In this document: positions 51,628-54,176 of the stretch, one piece after another
Layout: every line of letters begins with the position of its first letter
Position numbering within the stretch: the stretch's first letter is position 1
IMG/VR virus record: IMGVR_UViG_2563366830_000017
Span: 1 to 54,176 of that record
Strand: one strand, 5' to 3'
Origin: a virus
Lineage: Duplodnaviria; Heunggongvirae; Uroviricota; Caudoviricetes
Length of the DNA stretch: 54,176 nt
Notes under the pieces: generated by a model
What the model was told of the DNA's origin: nothing
Seen by the model: only the letters and a program-made list of their open reading frames with translations
The model's database searches: none
Program-made: the position numbers and the translations under genes

Positions 51628-54027
51628 ATGGCAGCAGTAAAAATCTCAGGTGTGCTGAAAGATTGTGCGGGAAAACCAATACAGAACTGCACTATTCAAC
51701 TGAAGGCAAAGCGTAACAGCACCACGGTACTGGTGAACACGGTGGCCTCTGAAAATCCGGATGAAGCCGGGCGTTACAGCATGGATGTTGAGCATGGCCA
51801 GTACAGCGTCATCCTGCTGGTTGAAGGTTTTCCGCCTTCACATGCCGGGACCATTACCGTCTATGAAGGCTCCAGACCAGGTACGCTGAATGATTTTCTC
51901 GGTGCCATGACGGAAGATGATGTCATGCCGGAGGCATTGCGTCGTTTTGAGGAAATGGTGGAAGAAGCGGCACGCAACGCCGAAGCCGCCTCTCAGAGCG
52001 CAGCGGCGGCAAAGAAATCCGAAACTGCAGCGGCATCATCGAAGAACGCGGCGAAAACCTCAGAAACGAATGCAGCTAATAGTGCACAGGCGGCAGCGAC
52101 CTCACAGACTGCATCAGAAAACTCCGCGACAGCAGCCAAAAAATCAGAAACCAACGCGAAAAATAGCGAGACAGCCGCAAAGACGAGCGAAACCAACGCA
52201 AAGTCCAGCCAGACGGCAGCGAAAACCAGCGAAACGAATGCCAAAGCCAGTGAAACTGCGGCAAAAAACAGCCAGGTTGCAGCAGCCCAAAGCGAGAGCG
52301 CGGCAGCCGGTTCTGCGACTTCAGCAGCTGGATCAGCAACTGCTGCGGCTAACAGCCAGAAAGCTGCGAAGACGAGTGAAACTAACGCAAAGTCCAGCCA
52401 GACGGCAGCGAAGACCAGCGAAACGAATGCCAAAGCCAGCGAAACTGCGGCGAAAAACAGCCAGGTTGCAGCAGCCCAAAGCGAGAGCGCGGCAGCTGGT
52501 TCTGCAAGCGCGGCGGCTGCTTCTGCCACTGCATCAGCCAACAGTCAAAAAGCGGCAAAAACCAGTGAAACCAATGCAAAGACAAGCGAGACTGCAGCGG
52601 CGAACTCGGCGAAAGCATCGGCAGCAAGCCAGACAGCAGCTAAAGCAAGTGAAGACGCAGCCAGAGAGTATGCAAGTCAGGCAGCAGAGCCGTATAAATA
52701 TGTCTTACAGCCACTGCCTGATGTGTGGATACCGTTTAACGATTCACTGGATATGATTACGGGCTTTTCGCCGTCATATAAAAAAATTGTTATTGGTGAT
52801 GATGAAATAACGATGCCTGGCGACAAGGTTGTTAAGTTTAAACGCGCATCAACTGCCACATATATCAATAAATCAGGCGTATTTAGTGTTGCTAAAATTG
52901 ATGAGCCACGATTTGAAAAAGAAGGTTTATTGATTGAAGGACAGCGCACTAACTATTTTGTTAAATCCAATACTCCCGCTGAATGGACGAGTACCAGCAA
53001 TATCGATAAAACTAATAATGGTGTTGATGAATTTGGTTTTTCATATGCCAAAATGCGAACAAAAGATAATATGACAGGACAATCATCTGCACTTAGTCTG
53101 CATACATGCAGTGCATCCCGGGGGATTGATGTTAGTGGCGATAATAAGTATTGCACTGTTTCATGCAGGGTTAAAGCTCCTGATGGTCTTCGTTGTCGTT
53201 TGCGTTTTGAAAAATACGATGGGTCGGTTTATACATTTTTAGGAGATGCTTATTTAACTTTCGGAACTCTGATAATAGAAAAAACTGGCGGAGCAGCCAA
53301 TAGAATAGCAGCTACTGCAACTAAAGATCCGGTTACAGGGTGGATTTTCTATGAGGCAACTATAGAAGCTGTTGAAGGTGAAACCTTAATTGGCGCAATG
53401 ATTCAGTATGCGCCGAAAAAAGGTGGTATAACTGAAGCGGGAGATTATATTTACCTTGCAACACCACAATTTGAAAACGGCGGATGTGCTTCATCTTTTG
53501 TTATTACGACAACTGCACCCGCAACCCGCTCCAGTGATATGGTGACGATCCCAACTGAAAATAATATCTATAATAGACCGCTTACGTGTCTTGTCGAGGT
53601 TAATAGAAATTGGGGCGATATTCCTCCTAATGTAGCACCGCGTATTTTTGATTTTTCTGGTGTGCCACCTATTGAGTCAATTACATACGCTTTTAACACA
53701 ACTGAGAAATATTACGGTCAGCTTTATATGCAAACTTATAAAGCGTCGACAAGTACTTACGTTTCTAGTGTGTTTGCTGGTCGAACTGATGTTCGAAAAT
53801 TCATTGGTGGTTTTAATATTTATTCTGATGGTACTAAACGAGTAGTTTCTAACGGTGAGGCTACTAAAACTATGAAAACGGAGTGGACGGGCGTAAAAAC
53901 ACGGACCTTTATTCGAATTGGAGGTCAAGCCACATCGGGAACTCGTCATCTATTCGGCCATTTGAGAAATCTTCGTCTCTGGCATAAAGAATTAACTGAT
54001 GCGCAAATGGGGGAGAGTATTAAATGA
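51628..54027 (+). CDS. stf: Side tail fibre protein Stf (lambda-like N-terminus, repeat-containing shaft, divergent AT-rich C-terminal domain)
   Basis: MAAVKISGVLKDCAGKPIQNCTIQLKAKRNSTTVLVNTV... matches lambda Stf N-terminus; Ala/Ser/Thr-rich repeats. Confidence 0.85.
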   Translation: MAAVKISGVLKDCAGKPIQNCTIQLKAKRNSTTVLVNTVASENPDEAGRYSMDVEHGQYSVILLVEGFPPSHAGTITVYEGSRPGTLNDFLGAMTEDDVMPEALRRFEEMVEEAARNAEAASQSAAAAKKSETAAASSKNAAKTSETNAANSAQAAATSQTASENSATAAKKSETNAKNSETAAKTSETNAKSSQTAAKTSETNAKASETAAKNSQVAAAQSESAAAGSATSAAGSATAAANSQKAAKTSETNAKSSQTAAKTSETNAKASETAAKNSQVAAAQSESAAAGSASAAAASATASANSQKAAKTSETNAKTSETAAANSAKASAASQTAAKASEDAAREYASQAAEPYKYVLQPLPDVWIPFNDSLDMITGFSPSYKKIVIGDDEITMPGDKVVKFKRASTATYINKSGVFSVAKIDEPRFEKEGLLIEGQRTNYFVKSNTPAEWTSTSNIDKTNNGVDEFGFSYAKMRTKDNMTGQSSALSLHTCSASRGIDVSGDNKYCTVSCRVKAPDGLRCRLRFEKYDGSVYTFLGDAYLTFGTLIIEKTGGAANRIAATATKDPVTGWIFYEATIEAVEGETLIGAMIQYAPKKGGITEAGDYIYLATPQFENGGCASSFVITTTAPATRSSDMVTIPTENNIYNRPLTCLVEVNRNWGDIPPNVAPRIFDFSGVPPIESITYAFNTTEKYYGQLYMQTYKASTSTYVSSVFAGRTDVRKFIGGFNIYSDGTKRVVSNGEATKTMKTEWTGVKTRTFIRIGGQATSGTRHLFGHLRNLRLWHKELTDAQMGESIK
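52130..52560 (+). repeat. Tandem duplication within stf (~190-bp unit encoding SETNAKSSQTAAKTSETNAKASETAAKNSQVAAAQSESAAAGSA)
   Basis: Near-identical nucleotide blocks 52190..52330 and 52380..52510; explains spurious overlapping ORFs in other frames. Confidence 0.75.
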
Positions 54028-54176
54028 AAGATTTAACACTCAAATTTGCAGACAGGGTCGACTTTTCGGCCTTTATGGAGAGCATTGGCTATTATGATGA
54101 CGAGTCGATGCAGGATGATATTCTTATTGACGTGATAGGTAATGTGTACAAAGAAACCGGAGAACTGACTGAAGAT
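54024..54176 (+). CDS. Partial ORF (5-prime end only), likely tail fibre assembly/chaperone gene following stf
   Basis: ATG overlapping stf stop (AAATGA); MKDLTLKFADRVDFSAFMESIGYYDDES...; runs off window. Confidence 0.4.
   Translation, partial: MKDLTLKFADRVDFSAFMESIGYYDDESMQDDILIDVIGNVYKETGELTED

Noticed and set aside
51917-52756. 279-aa plus-strand ORF and 182-aa minus-strand ORF (51993..52541) overlapping stf
   Set aside because: Alternative-frame artefacts of the Ala/Ser/Thr-rich tandem repeat in stf; highly basic or poly-Ala translations without start context.

Overview
The window is one end of a lambda-family (lambdoid) prophage integrated at the classical lambda attachment site next to host gene ybhC. 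The 15-bp att core GCTTTTTTATACTAA lies at 1331..1345 and the prophage runs past the window end (attR not present). The gene order is that of a lambda prophage: int-xis, a b-region of accessory genes, exo-bet-gam, a non-lambda immunity region (LexA-like CI repressor, Cro, repeated TGGTTGTT operator motifs), O with internal iterons, P, truncated ren, a nin region of DLP12 type (NinB-like, NinE, YbcO-like, RusA, YlcG, Q), the porin moron nmpC, pinholin / SAR-endolysin / Rz-Rz1, bor, cos, then Nu1-A-W-B-C/Nu3-D-E-FI-FII-Z-U-V-G/T-H-M-L-K-I-J-lom-stf. Assignments rest on my recollection of lambda and DLP12 protein sequences matched against the supplied ORF translations; no database search was run. 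The main finding is that the major capsid gene E is split (26754..26998 and 38323..39113) by an ~11.3-kb insertion (26999..38322) flanked by a 10-bp direct repeat AACCCAAGCA. The insert looks like a phage satellite: P4-type tyrosine integrase, AlpA-like regulator, primase with adjacent iterons, SSB, its own diverged homologs of capsid protein E and decoration protein D, its own lambda-like cos site in the same orientation as the prophage cos, and two AT-rich cargo loci that are candidate anti-phage or accessory genes. Other points worth a second look are a CI-linked lipoprotein in the rexAB position, a secreted-protein moron followed by a ~600-bp ORF-free stretch, divergent J and stf receptor-binding ends, and a short tandem repeat inside stf.
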